From Opitutia bacterium (GTDB taxonomy: Bacteria; Verrucomicrobiota; Verrucomicrobiia; Opitutales; Opitutaceae): a DNA stretch of 64,000 nt. The position numbers were made by a program, and so were the translations under genes. The first letter of the stretch is position 1. Each line of letters begins with the position of its first letter. The notes beneath the pieces were generated by a model that worked only from the letters and a program-made list of their open reading frames with translations, did no database searches and was not told where the DNA came from. Location: the NCBI GenBank assembly GCA_947478395.1, contig CANJVR010000006.1, positions 1 to 64,000 on the forward strand, in the 5' to 3' direction. Positions 10,200 to 20,358 of the stretch are shown here, one piece after another.

Positions 10200-11636
10200 A
10201 TGGAAAGAAAAAAGACGACTCGCGCGAAAAAACCCGCGCTCGAAACTCCTGCCGCTCCGCCCGCCACCGCCAACCCGGTCGTCGCCGAACTCCCGCCCCC
10301 GGCGCCTGCTCTCGCTCCGGTCGCACCGGCCCCTGCACCCGCGGTCGCGATCGCTCCGCCCGCGCCGACGCCGGTGGCTGCCCCCGTGACGCCGCCTGCC
10401 GTCGTCGCGCCAGCACCCGCGATTTTTGTGCCGGCCAGTCAACTTCCGCCGCCGGCTGGTGATACCACGCCCGCCGTGAAACCTCCGGCCCAGCCGTTCA
10501 CGCCGCCCGCACCTTACGTCGAGCGCACGATCCATGTTGAAGGTATTCTCGACATCGACATCCAGCACGGAGGCAACGGCCAGCTTCTGGACATGACGAA
10601 GAACGGCAAACGCCGCCCCAGCGACTCGTTCGTACCGAAAGAACTCATCCGGCGTTTCAAATTGAAACCCGGCATGATGATCGGCGGCACCGCCTATCCG
10701 GCCGAGGGCCGCTTCCCGAATCCGAAGATGAAATTCATCGAGCAGGTCGATGGCATCGCGCTGGAGGAACGCCGCGCCAAATGGGATTTCACCGCGCTCA
10801 CCACGGTGTCGCCCGACAAGCATTTGAAAATGGAGTTGAAGGACGGACGTCTCACGACCCGCGCCGTCGATCTTTTCTGCCCGATCGGCAAGGGCACTCG
10901 CGGCCTCATCGTCGCGCCGCCCCGCACCGGCAAGACGACCTTGCTCCGCGACATGGCTCTTGGCGTGTTGGAAAACAATCCCGAGTGTATCGTGATGATT
11001 CTCCTCGTGGACGAGCGGCCGGAGGAAGTTACCGATTTCCGCCGCAGCGTGCCCGCCGAGATCTGGGCCTCGTCCAACGACGAGCAGATCGAAAACCACA
11101 TTCGCATCGCCGACCTTTGCATCGAGCGCGCCAAACGCCTCGTCGAAACGGGCCGCCATGTTGTGCTCTTCGTCGACTCGATTACCCGCCTCGCCCGCGC
11201 GCACAACACCGCCAAAAATTCCGGCCGCACCGGTTCCGGCGGTCTCGATGTGCGCGCCCTCGAAAAACCCCGCCAGCTCTTCGCCGCCGCGCGCAACACC
11301 GAAGAAGCCGGCTCACTCACCATCATTGCCTCCGTGCTCGTCGAGACCGGCAGTCGGATGGACGATGTGATTTTCCAAGAATTCAAAGGCACCGGTAACA
11401 TGGAACTCGTGCTCGACCGCAAGGCCGCCGAGATGCGCCTCTGGCCCGCGATCAACATCGCCGCGTCCGGCACCCGAAAAGAGGAATTGCTCATCGATGC
11501 AAAAACCCTCGAGAGCATTCATTTCTTCCGCCGGGCGCTCGTAGCGCAGAAAATCGAGGAAGCGACCGACACCATGATCGCCCGCCTCTCGAAAACCAAA
11601 ACCAACGCCGAGTTTCTCAAACTGCTCGCCCGTTAA
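10200..11636 (+). CDS. rho: Transcription termination factor Rho with Pro/Ala-rich N-terminus
   Basis: APPRTGKT, LVDERPEEVTD, DSITRLARA, GSLTIIAS, EFKGTGNMEL, SGTRKEELL. Confidence 0.93.
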   Translation: MERKKTTRAKKPALETPAAPPATANPVVAELPPPAPALAPVAPAPAPAVAIAPPAPTPVAAPVTPPAVVAPAPAIFVPASQLPPPAGDTTPAVKPPAQPFTPPAPYVERTIHVEGILDIDIQHGGNGQLLDMTKNGKRRPSDSFVPKELIRRFKLKPGMMIGGTAYPAEGRFPNPKMKFIEQVDGIALEERRAKWDFTALTTVSPDKHLKMELKDGRLTTRAVDLFCPIGKGTRGLIVAPPRTGKTTLLRDMALGVLENNPECIVMILLVDERPEEVTDFRRSVPAEIWASSNDEQIENHIRIADLCIERAKRLVETGRHVVLFVDSITRLARAHNTAKNSGRTGSGGLDVRALEKPRQLFAAARNTEEAGSLTIIASVLVETGSRMDDVIFQEFKGTGNMELVLDRKAAEMRLWPAINIAASGTRKEELLIDAKTLESIHFFRRALVAQKIEEATDTMIARLSKTKTNAEFLKLLAR

Positions 11637-11713
11637 GTTCTCTCTTGCCGCCGTCGCGCGACGGTCGGCATCTTCCACCTCCCGCTCCGCTTCTCAGTCG
11701 CAAAATCTTCCGC

Positions 11714-13468
11714 ATGCATAGTTTCTCCGAGCAATGTCTCGAAATGGCCCGCCTGATGTTGGGCCACAATCTCGACTCCATTCAGCCTGACGGCACAATA
11801 TTGCCCGCGAACGGCGAGGCTTCGCGCCCCGACGAACCCGGCCACGTCGCCTTCGCCCTCGGCGAATTCTATCGCGCCACAGGTGAGACCACCCTCAAGG
11901 GCTTCGACATCGTCGACCTCGCCGCGCGCTGCATCACGGCGCAGATGTTCACGGAACCGCCCGCGGAAAACGGCCTCGCCTACGCCGCGCTTGGGCTCCT
12001 CTGCTTCGGTCCTTCGAAGGAACGCAATCCCGTCTGGGAACGACTCGTCGAGGAAACCCAGCTGCGCATCGACAAATCCCTGCTGCACCGCAGCGACTAC
12101 GACAACCACTGGCAGGCCTTCAACGTCGCAAAGGCCGTCGCGCGTTTCAGCCTCGGTCTCTCAAAGAAGGACGAAACTTCGCGACTCATCGAACGCATGG
12201 TCGATCGCATGACCGCCACGAGTTCGGCCGGTTTCTTCGACGACTCGACCAGCGGCCTCGGCGGCAATTTCAACCTCTACGGCGTGATGAGCTTCGTGTT
12301 CGTCCGCTCCGCGCTCCAGCTCCACGCGAACAGCGGCGTGCGCGACCGCAAGCTGCCCACGCTCCGGACCTACGCCGAGAAATACATCAAGATGATGCCG
12401 GACTTGGTCCGCAACGACGGACTCGGCTGGGCCTTCGGCCGCGCGGCCGGCGCCTACGGACAGATGCACTGCATCAGTTTGATTCTGCAAGGTCTGCGCG
12501 ACGGCTGGATCGCCGACGACCAGAAGGTCAAATACTACGATATTCTCCGCCGGCTGTTCCTGTTCTTCTACCAGACTTATCTCGATCAGGAGCACGGCTT
12601 CCTCGACCTCCGCGACGAAGAACGCACCGCCTACGAGCCGCACACCACGCGGATGGCGAACTTTGACGCCGCGCGCTACCTGTGTCAGTGGTCCCGCCTA
12701 GCGAAGACCATTCACATGCCGGCCGGCGCCACGAAGGCCGAGCTCCCGCGCACGAGCGGGCGCTACGTCATCTTCGACAAGACGAACCGCAAGGAGCAGG
12801 GCCTTTTCCTTTATCGCGACGCCGAAAGCGGCATCCAGATGCAAATCCCGCTGGTGAGCGGGGGAGGTCATCTTTCGGCGGACGTTCTCCCCTTCCCCCA
12901 CTGCCCGGGCGTGTTCGACTGGCCCAACAACGTCTACGCACCGATTATGCTCCCCGAGCTCACGTTCGGCGAACACGTCACCATTCCGGCCTTCTACGGT
13001 AAAAACTGCGTGACCGGCCTCGGCCTGAAAAACGCGTTCTATTTCCGCTACGAACAACCGGAGTTGATCACCACCCAGGAAGAATTCGTGAAGAACCTCG
13101 GCAGCGTGAAAGTGCAATGGAGTTTCACCGGCACGAAGATCGCCTGCGAATTTTCCTACACGGTCAAGCAGCAGGTCACCCTCGATAAATTCCGCTACAC
13201 GCTCGCGATCGCCGCGCCGCATTCGAAATACCACGTCCAAGGCGCGCTCGCGCTCGGCCCGCAAGGGCATCGCTGCACCGTGGCAAAGGATGATTTCCAG
13301 GCCGTGTGGCAGGAAACGGAGATCGTCAGTGCCGATCCGACCTACCGCACGAACTACGGAAAAATCCATTACCTGCAGCACCTCGTACGCGACCACCCGC
13401 TCATCATGCGCCCCGGCCAGGTTTACCGCCTCGCGGTGAACTTCGATCCGGATATCGCGCACGTATGA
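11714..13468 (+). CDS. Conserved hypothetical protein, possibly distant DUF2264-like alpha/alpha toroid
   Basis: 584-aa ORF with strong C3 codon bias; NHWQAF, GFFDD...NLY and FGRAAGAY recall DUF2264 motifs (weak, by eye). Confidence 0.75.
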   Translation: MHSFSEQCLEMARLMLGHNLDSIQPDGTILPANGEASRPDEPGHVAFALGEFYRATGETTLKGFDIVDLAARCITAQMFTEPPAENGLAYAALGLLCFGPSKERNPVWERLVEETQLRIDKSLLHRSDYDNHWQAFNVAKAVARFSLGLSKKDETSRLIERMVDRMTATSSAGFFDDSTSGLGGNFNLYGVMSFVFVRSALQLHANSGVRDRKLPTLRTYAEKYIKMMPDLVRNDGLGWAFGRAAGAYGQMHCISLILQGLRDGWIADDQKVKYYDILRRLFLFFYQTYLDQEHGFLDLRDEERTAYEPHTTRMANFDAARYLCQWSRLAKTIHMPAGATKAELPRTSGRYVIFDKTNRKEQGLFLYRDAESGIQMQIPLVSGGGHLSADVLPFPHCPGVFDWPNNVYAPIMLPELTFGEHVTIPAFYGKNCVTGLGLKNAFYFRYEQPELITTQEEFVKNLGSVKVQWSFTGTKIACEFSYTVKQQVTLDKFRYTLAIAAPHSKYHVQGALALGPQGHRCTVAKDDFQAVWQETEIVSADPTYRTNYGKIHYLQHLVRDHPLIMRPGQVYRLAVNFDPDIAHV

Positions 13469-13493
13469 CGCGCGAAAGCGCCTCATACGTGCC

Positions 13494-13525
13494 GGTTTCG
13501 AGTTTTGGGTTTTGAGTTTTGGGTT
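13494..13525. repeat. Left heptamer array (RGTTTYG)n, inverted-repeat arm
   Basis: GGTTTCG AGTTTTG GGTTTTG AGTTTTG GGTT. Confidence 0.95.
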
Positions 13526-13546
13526 GTAGCCCTCGACGCTGGCAAC

Positions 13547-14008
13547 GTGTCGAGCATCGAACGATTCGAAGATATCCAAGCGTGGCAAAGTGCGCGCGAG
13601 CTTCGCCGTGCAGTATATGGGCTAACGCGCTCCAAACCTTTTTCCGCCGATTTCGCCCTCGTGGATCAAATCCGTCGTGCCGCAATCTCTGTGAGTTCGA
13701 ACATCGCCGAGGGTTTTGAACGCGGAGGAAACCGGGAGTTGATCCAGTTTCTCGCCACGGCCAAAGGATCTGCCGGCGAAATCGAAGATCAGCTGACCTG
13801 TGCGCTAGACGAAGGATATATCACGGTGATTCAGTTCGATGAAATTTACCGCTTGGCCGAAAAAACCTCCCGTCTCGTCGGCGCTTTCATGACTTACCTG
13901 CGCAACTCAGAAATCACGGGCCACAAATTCGACACGTATCCCACGCGTGCGAACCCAAAACTCAAAACCCAAAACTCAAAACCAATTTCCGGTCATGTTG
14001 TCCCGTAG
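13547..14008 (+). CDS. Four helix bundle protein (23S rRNA IVP/Avd-like fold)
   Basis: [49 protein letters not shown] start 13547; reads through right repeat and overlaps hisF by 14 nt. Confidence 0.93.
   Translation: MSSIERFEDIQAWQSARELRRAVYGLTRSKPFSADFALVDQIRRAAISVSSNIAEGFERGGNRELIQFLATAKGSAGEIEDQLTCALDEGYITVIQFDEIYRLAEKTSRLVGAFMTYLRNSEITGHKFDTYPTRANPKLKTQNSKPISGHVVP
13952..13983. repeat. Right heptamer array (CAAAACY)n, inverted-repeat arm
   Basis: AACC CAAAACT CAAAACC CAAAACT CAAAACC; reverse complement matches 13494-13525 at 31/32. Confidence 0.95.
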
Positions 14009-14756
14009 AATTATTCCGTGCTTGGACGTCAACGCCGGCCGTGTCGTAAAGGGCGTGAAGTTCCAGCAACTCCGTGATGCCGGCGATCCAGTGGAATCCG
14101 CACGCGCCTACGACGCCCAGGGCGCCGACGAACTCGTCTTCCTCGATATCACCGCTTCCAGCGATAACCGCGGCATCATGCACGACGTCGTCGCCGCCAC
14201 CGCCGAACATTGCTTCATGCCGCTCACCGTGGGCGGCGGCCTGCGCTCCGTGCCCGACATCGAGGCCATGCTCAGATCCGGCGCGGATAAAGTTTCCCTG
14301 AACACCGCCGCCATCAAAAACCCGGATCTGATTCGCGCTGCGTCCGACCGTTTCGGCGCGCAATGCATCGTGCTCGCCATCGACGCGAAACGTGAACCCG
14401 ACGGCAAATCCTGGCGCGTCTACACCCACGGCGGACGCAATCCCACCGAACTCGACGCCGTCGCCTGGGCGCGGCGCGCGACCGAACTCGGTGCCGGCGA
14501 AATCCTCCTCACCAGCATGGATGCCGACGGCATGTTGACCGGCTACGATTGCGCCCTTACTCGGGCCGTCAGCGATGCCGTGTCCGTCCCCGTGATCGCC
14601 AGCGGCGGCGCGGGCCAGCTCAGTCATTTCGCCGACGCTCTCGACCAAGGCCGCGCCAGTGCCGTTTTGGCCGCGAGCCTTTTCCACTTTGGCACGCTCA
14701 CGATTCCACAGGTGAAAACGTATTTGAGCGAACGAGGCGTGCCGGTGCGGCGGTAA
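13995..14756 (+). CDS. hisF: Imidazole glycerol phosphate synthase subunit HisF
   Basis: [48 protein letters not shown]. Confidence 0.98.
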   Translation: MLSRRIIPCLDVNAGRVVKGVKFQQLRDAGDPVESARAYDAQGADELVFLDITASSDNRGIMHDVVAATAEHCFMPLTVGGGLRSVPDIEAMLRSGADKVSLNTAAIKNPDLIRAASDRFGAQCIVLAIDAKREPDGKSWRVYTHGGRNPTELDAVAWARRATELGAGEILLTSMDADGMLTGYDCALTRAVSDAVSVPVIASGGAGQLSHFADALDQGRASAVLAASLFHFGTLTIPQVKTYLSERGVPVRR

Positions 14757-14779
14757 GGTGGGTGCGAAATGTCTTGTCC

Positions 14780-14876
14780 GAAGGTAGGGCGGGTTATCCC
14801 TAACCCGCCGCTGCGACTCAGCTCACAGAGAGAGCGACGCCCAACCGGCGCGTTAGGGATAACGCGCCCTACCTTC
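14780..14876. repeat. REP-like family C (GTAG type)
   Basis: 31-bp arms GAAGGTAGGGCGGGTTATCCCTAACCCGCCG / CGGCGCGTTAGGGATAACGCGCCCTACCTTC; relatives at 48081-48113 and 59815-59905. Confidence 0.9.
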
Positions 14877-14892
14877 ATCCGACCTTCGCCAC

Positions 14893-14917
14893 CTTTGCGT
14901 CTTCGCGCTTAATCCGC
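14893..14917 (-). repeat. Octamer-repeat arm identical to 43773-43797
   Basis: Reverse complement GCGGATTAAGCGCGAAGACGCAAAG, 25/25 identity. Confidence 0.8.
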
Positions 14918-14987
14918 GTCTCTCCTCCCCCCGCCGCACTTTCGCCTTTCCCCACCGCCCAACGCGCGTTTGCCTGAACCCTTGTCC

Positions 14988-16652
14988 ATGTTACCCGCCG
15001 CCGAAATCGCCCGCCGCCGCACCTTCGCGATCATCTCCCACCCTGACGCGGGCAAGACGACGTTGACGGAAAAATTCCTGCTCTACGGCAACGCCATCCA
15101 CCTCGCCGGTGCCGTCAAAGATCGCAAAAACCAGCGCGCCACCGCCTCCGACTGGATGGAACTTGAGAAGCAACGCGGCATTTCCATTTCGTCCACCGTC
15201 CTCCAATTCGATTACGCCGGCTGCGCCGTAAACCTCCTCGACACGCCCGGCCACAAGGACTTTTCCGAAGACACCTACCGGGTGCTTACGGCCGTCGACG
15301 CGGCACTCATGGTCATCGACGCCGCGAAAGGCGTCGAAACGCAGACGCGCAAACTCTTCGAAGTCTGTCGCCGCCGCGGGGTGCCGATCTTCACCTTCAT
15401 GAACAAGTGCGACCGGCCTACGCGCAGCCCGATCGACTTGCTCGACGAACTCGAAAACGTCCTCGGTCTCCAGTCGTCACCCGTCATCTGGCCGCTCGGC
15501 AACGGCCCGCAATTTCGCGGCGTATTCGACCGCCGCACGCGCGAAGTTCACCTGTTCGAACGCGTGCCGGGCGGGAAATTCCAGGCGCCCGTCAGCGTGA
15601 CCTCCCTCGACGATCCGGTCGTGCGCGCGAAGATGGACGACGACACGTACCGCGACGTCAAAGAGCAGCTCGAGATGCTCGATGGTGCCGGCCATCCGTT
15701 CGATCTCAACGCCGTCCAAAACGGCCAGCAAACGCCCGTCTACTTCGGCAGCGCCGTGAATAATTTCGGCATCCAGCTCTTGCTCGACGGTTTTCTCAAG
15801 GACTCCGTCCCTCCCGCCCCGCGCACGTCGGTCACCGTAACGGTGCCCGGTCTGCCCCAGCCGACGGTCGCCCGCGAAGTGCCGGTGACCGATGCTAAAT
15901 TCTCCGGATTCATTTTTAAGATTCAGGCGAATATGGACGCGAAGCACCGCGACCGCATCGCTTTTCTCCGCGTCTGCTCGGGCAAATTCGACCGCGATAT
16001 GCAGGTGTATCACCAGCGCACCGGCAAACAAGTCCGCCTCTCGTCGTCACACAAACTCTTCGGCCGCGAACGCGAAACCGTCGACGAAGCCTGGCCGGGC
16101 GACGTCATCGGCCTTGTCGGCCACAGCGAGTTCGGGATCGGTGACACGCTCACCGAGGACCGCTCGATCTGCTACAACGAGATCCCGCGATTCCCCTCGG
16201 AAGTTTTCACGTACATCACGAATCCGAATACCGGCGAAGCGAAGAAGTACCGCGCCGGTCTGGAGCAGCTCCTGCAGGAAGGCGTCGTCCAATCCTTCAC
16301 CGCGAAGAACGCGCCGCCGGGCGCGACGCTGCTCGCCGCCGTCGGTCCGCTCCAATTCGAGGTGGTGCAGTGGCGCCTCCAGAGCGAATACAACGCCGAG
16401 TCGCGGCTCACGCCGACGCCGTGGACGGTGCTCCGCTGGGTGCAACTTCCCGCCGATTTCGTCCCCGCCCCCGGCAAAAGTTTTGATTACACGCGCCTGA
16501 TTGTCGCATCAGGCGTGAGCTTCGGCTCCGACAAATTCGACCAGCCTGTCGTGCTTTTCCCGAACGAATGGACGATGCGTTACTTCATCGAAAAGAATCC
16601 CGAGCTGAAGCTCCACGAGTTGCCGATCGAGCAGACGAAGGCGAAATCGTAA
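14988..16652 (+). CDS. prfC: Peptide chain release factor 3
   Basis: RRRTFAIISHPDAGKTT, SDWMELEKQRGISI, DTPGHKDFSEDTYR, HRDRIAFLRVCSG. Confidence 0.97.
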   Translation: MLPAAEIARRRTFAIISHPDAGKTTLTEKFLLYGNAIHLAGAVKDRKNQRATASDWMELEKQRGISISSTVLQFDYAGCAVNLLDTPGHKDFSEDTYRVLTAVDAALMVIDAAKGVETQTRKLFEVCRRRGVPIFTFMNKCDRPTRSPIDLLDELENVLGLQSSPVIWPLGNGPQFRGVFDRRTREVHLFERVPGGKFQAPVSVTSLDDPVVRAKMDDDTYRDVKEQLEMLDGAGHPFDLNAVQNGQQTPVYFGSAVNNFGIQLLLDGFLKDSVPPAPRTSVTVTVPGLPQPTVAREVPVTDAKFSGFIFKIQANMDAKHRDRIAFLRVCSGKFDRDMQVYHQRTGKQVRLSSSHKLFGRERETVDEAWPGDVIGLVGHSEFGIGDTLTEDRSICYNEIPRFPSEVFTYITNPNTGEAKKYRAGLEQLLQEGVVQSFTAKNAPPGATLLAAVGPLQFEVVQWRLQSEYNAESRLTPTPWTVLRWVQLPADFVPAPGKSFDYTRLIVASGVSFGSDKFDQPVVLFPNEWTMRYFIEKNPELKLHELPIEQTKAKS

Positions 16653-17154
16653 TCCGCTCCGTCGCGGACCCGTACCGCCCGAAATTTCCGAGCCTGGCCC
16701 CAACGCGGTCTACCTCGCGCAAAAATTGATATTTTTTGCCGCCGCGCCGAACCGTGCGGGAGAATTCTCGTCGGTCCTTCGCAGGAAAATAACACCCGCC
16801 TGAGCGCCAAGTTTACCCGACTCACCCTCCACCGCATCCGACCAAATTAGTCGTACCGTCACGGAAACGGCCAACGGCTTCGCGCGCAACGGCGCGATCC
16901 AGGCCTACGCGGAACGCCAAAAGTCTGGAAGAAACGGGGCGCAATTAAACGCCCCGGACCTCGACCGCCGGCAAGCGGCTTTAGCGCCACGCCTACGCGG
17001 TCATGGGCCGAAATTAATCGGCGCCGTCGCGGCCGGTACTCGGATGGCCCTGATTGGCTTCACTCCTCGATCCGCTCGATTCATTTGGCTCACGGCCACC
17101 GCACCGTCTTCTTTTCGCTCGCACCGTTCCCCGATTTTTCCTCCTCATTCGTGC

Positions 17155-18204
17155 ATGATTTTTTCGCGCCAGGTTATCGTGCTCCCGTTACTTTTTATCG
17201 CGTCGATCACCTCTGCGGCCCACGCCGCCGCGGCCCGGGCCAAACCCACCCGGCCAGTCGTCGACGACAAGGATGCCTTCAAGGGCGCCATCGTCGTGGA
17301 CGCCGCCAGCGGCCACGTCCTCTTCGAGCGCAACGCCGATCTCGTAAGCCCGCCCGCGAGTATGACGAAGCTCATGACCTTTGCCGTTCTCCACGACAAA
17401 CTCGCGGCCAACGCGCTTTCGCTCACCACACCGGTCACAGTCAAACGCGCCGAGGCCATCTTCGCGATGAAGTCCGACAGCACCAGCGTCTGGCTCAAAG
17501 AAAAGGAAACGTTTCCCGTCGAAGAACTCATCTACGCGATGATGATCCAGTCCGCGAACGACGCCTCGCTCGTACTGGCGCGCGCCGCCGCAGGTTCGTC
17601 GGAGGCATTCGTCGAACTCATGAACGCCAAGGCGCACGAACTCGGCATGACTCACACTTCGTTCCATACCCCGCACGGTCTGACCAAGGGAAAGGTAAAT
17701 CCCGCCGTCACCGATCTCACGACCCCGCGCGACTTCGCACTCCTGAGCCGGCACCTGCTCCTCCACACCGACGTTTTGAAATATACGGCGGTGAAAACGC
17801 GTTCGTTCGGCACCGGTCAGCGGAGCAAACTCGTCGAGATGACGAATCACAATCACCTCCTCGGCCGGGCCGCGGGGGTCGACGGACTAAAAACCGGTTA
17901 TACCGCGGGCGCCGGGTTCTGTCTCGCGGCCACCGCGCTCCGCAACGGACATCGGGTTATCGTCGTGACCATGGACGGAAACACCTATCAAGCCCGCGAC
18001 CTCAAGGTGATCGAGTTGCTCGAACGCGGCTTCAGTGCGCTCCCGCCCGGCAGCCCCGCATTTGAGGCCAGCGGAGCAACCGTCGCGACATCGGCGGCAG
18101 ATACGATGCCTTCTCCGCTTACACTCGCTCCGCTGTCGTCCGCCGAAAAGCCAGCCGACGCTTCGGATTCCACCATCAAATTTTCGATCCCGAAGAAAAA
18201 GTGA
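17155..18204 (+). CDS. D-alanyl-D-alanine carboxypeptidase (peptidase S11)
   Basis: Signal peptide; SMTK, SAN and KTG motifs. Confidence 0.93.
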   Translation: MIFSRQVIVLPLLFIASITSAAHAAAARAKPTRPVVDDKDAFKGAIVVDAASGHVLFERNADLVSPPASMTKLMTFAVLHDKLAANALSLTTPVTVKRAEAIFAMKSDSTSVWLKEKETFPVEELIYAMMIQSANDASLVLARAAAGSSEAFVELMNAKAHELGMTHTSFHTPHGLTKGKVNPAVTDLTTPRDFALLSRHLLLHTDVLKYTAVKTRSFGTGQRSKLVEMTNHNHLLGRAAGVDGLKTGYTAGAGFCLAATALRNGHRVIVVTMDGNTYQARDLKVIELLERGFSALPPGSPAFEASGATVATSAADTMPSPLTLAPLSSAEKPADASDSTIKFSIPKKK

Positions 18205-18369
18205 CGCAGGACCGAATACTGGCGCGAGGCTCGGCTCACGCCACCGTCCAATGACTTTCCGCCGGCCTCGGTCTGACTTCGCTGACTCCCATAGCGCCTA
18301 GAGGCGCCCGGGCGCTACGGTCGGAGCGTGCAATTTTTCGGGCTTCGTCTGGCCCTTTTCCGCCGCGCC

Positions 18370-19389
18370 TCAGGCCGGGCCGGGATGCGAATTAATCACC
18401 TCGCCCACCACGGTAAATTCCTCGCGGTCGTGGTACAGGTGCCGGATCTGCGCGCCCGGCGCGTAGCGCGCGAGCGGACCATCTGGCGCACGCAGTTCGC
18501 GCAGCAGGGCGACCGAGTCGACGTGGCCAAATTTCAGATTAAACACAAACCGCCGGCACCAACCGCGCGCCAGCCACGGCTCGATCAGATTCTTCATGAC
18601 GTGATGCGGCTCCTCCAGCAGATCGCAGAGCATCCAGTCGTACGCGACGCCGGCCTCGAAATTAAAATGAAACGCGTCCTCCGCGCGGTGCTCGATCAGG
18701 GAATTTCCCAGCGCGCCGCCTTTGAGCGGACCGTTGTCCACCGCGATCACGCGCGCCCCGCGTTTCGCTGCGCTGTAACTCCATCCGCCCGGCGCGGCCC
18801 CAAGGTCGACCACGGTCTCGTCCGGCGCGGGCTCGCGACCCAGGACCACAAACGCTTCCTCCACTTTCAAGTAACTCCTCGAGGGCGCCAGCTCATCGTC
18901 CGCCATGCGCCTCTGGCCGTGGATCCACGCGTCGCGCGCGACGAAAAGCCGCCCGAAATCCGTGAACCAGATGAACAACCCGCGCGCCGGTCCCGCGCCG
19001 CGCGGCAAATCCGCCACCGCCAGCTTCGCCACCCGTGCGAATCGCTTCCGCAGAATCTCGAACAGCGCTTTTTCCACCGCACTCATCCGGCGGCCTAATC
19101 CCACGTGCTCCGCCGGTCCGCCAAAAACGCAGGGCCACGCCGATTCGATCCGTTCGCCCTGTAGGCTCGTCAGAAAAAAATCCGCGATCTGCGTCGCCAG
19201 GGCGTTGACCGATTCGCCTTTGAATTCCCGCGCGGTCCGCAACGTCACGTGCGGAAACGCGAGGTCGGCGACGTGCTCGACTTCCGGCGCGACGACCCAG
19301 CCCGGTCCGTGTTCGGTTACTGCCACGCCCGCATCCGCGAGTTCGCGCACGAGCAAGGTTTCAAATCCAGCCTGACAAGTTTGGAGCAT
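18370..19389 (-). CDS. RlmM-like rRNA 2'-O-methyltransferase (FtsJ domain)
   Basis: PSRSYLKVEEA, VDLGAAPGGWS, AVDNGPL, WMLCD, FNLKF, HDREEFT. Confidence 0.85.
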   Translation of the reverse strand: MLQTCQAGFETLLVRELADAGVAVTEHGPGWVVAPEVEHVADLAFPHVTLRTAREFKGESVNALATQIADFFLTSLQGERIESAWPCVFGGPAEHVGLGRRMSAVEKALFEILRKRFARVAKLAVADLPRGAGPARGLFIWFTDFGRLFVARDAWIHGQRRMADDELAPSRSYLKVEEAFVVLGREPAPDETVVDLGAAPGGWSYSAAKRGARVIAVDNGPLKGGALGNSLIEHRAEDAFHFNFEAGVAYDWMLCDLLEEPHHVMKNLIEPWLARGWCRRFVFNLKFGHVDSVALLRELRAPDGPLARYAPGAQIRHLYHDREEFTVVGEVINSHPGPA

Positions 19390-19448
19390 CGCCGTGAACG
19401 TGACGACCGCCCCTTGCGCGGCGACAAAAAAGCCTCGGGAGCACAATC

Positions 19449-19510
19449 GTAGCGCAGTGCTTCAGCCCGCGGTCGAGCCTAGGCGCGCAGGCTTAAACTA
19501 TCGCGCTCCC
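19449..19510. repeat. Degenerate GTAG-type REP palindrome
   Basis: GTAGCGCAGTGCTTCAGCCCGCG...CGCAGGCTTAAACTATCGCGCTCCC imperfect arms. Confidence 0.55.
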
Positions 19511-19515
19511 AACGC

Positions 19516-20304
19516 TCACAAGCGCTGCAGATGAAACCCGCCATCAACGTCGAAGCACGCACCAGTCGAAAACGGAAACCGGTCCTCCGCAATCGCGCGC
19601 ACCGCCCGGCCCACGTCTTCCGGTTTTCCCCAGCGCCGGATCGGCGTGATGCCCCGCTCATCCTGAATGATGAGCTTGTCGTATTTTTCCTTTACCCCAC
19701 CGGTCATGTCGGTGGCGATCACGCCGGGACGGATCTCGTAAACATTGATGCCGTCGTGCGCGAGCCGGTCGGCGAACAGCTTCGTCATCATCGCGAGCCC
19801 TGCTTTCACCATGCAATAATCGCCGCGGTTGATCGACGCCGTGTACACCGAAATCGAGGTGATGTTGACGATGCGTCCGCGAAAGCCCTCGGCGTCCGGC
19901 GTCTGCGCGAGCATCGCTTTCGCGACGAGCTGCGTCAGGAAAAACGGCCCCTTCAAGTTGATCGCGAACAGACGGTCGAAACTTTCTTCGCCGGCATCGA
20001 GGAGATCCGCACGGACTTGGGGCGCAACGCCCGCGTTGTTCACGAGCAGATCGATCCGGCCGAATTTCGCTTTCGTTTCCGCGACCATGCGCTCGCGATC
20101 GGCTGCCACCGCGACATCGCCTTGGACGGTAAACCCGTCGCCGCCCGCGGCCCGCACCAGCGCGAGCGCTTCCGCGGCCGCTTCGGCGTTGCCGGCATAG
20201 TTAATCGCGATGCGCGCGCCCGAGCGGGCGAGTTCGATCGCGATCCCGCGACCGATGCCGCGCGACGCACCGGTGATGAGAGCGGTTTTCGGAGAAGAAG
20301 TCAT
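19516..20304 (-). CDS. Short-chain dehydrogenase/reductase
   Basis: [17 protein letters not shown] catalytic motif. Confidence 0.93.
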   Translation of the reverse strand: MTSSPKTALITGASRGIGRGIAIELARSGARIAINYAGNAEAAAEALALVRAAGGDGFTVQGDVAVAADRERMVAETKAKFGRIDLLVNNAGVAPQVRADLLDAGEESFDRLFAINLKGPFFLTQLVAKAMLAQTPDAEGFRGRIVNITSISVYTASINRGDYCMVKAGLAMMTKLFADRLAHDGINVYEIRPGVIATDMTGGVKEKYDKLIIQDERGITPIRRWGKPEDVGRAVRAIAEDRFPFSTGACFDVDGGFHLQRL

Positions 20305-20358
20305 GCGGGGCGAGCAAAGTTACCGCCCTCGCCTCCGGCAAGCCCCGAGCTTCCCCCT

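Noticed and set aside
13494..13983. CRISPR array
   Set aside because: Heptamer tandem units without spacers; no regularly spaced direct repeats or cas genes seen anywhere in the window
13547..14008. Diversity-generating retroelement or 23S rRNA IVS
   Set aside because: No reverse transcriptase, TR/VR pair or rRNA sequence in the window
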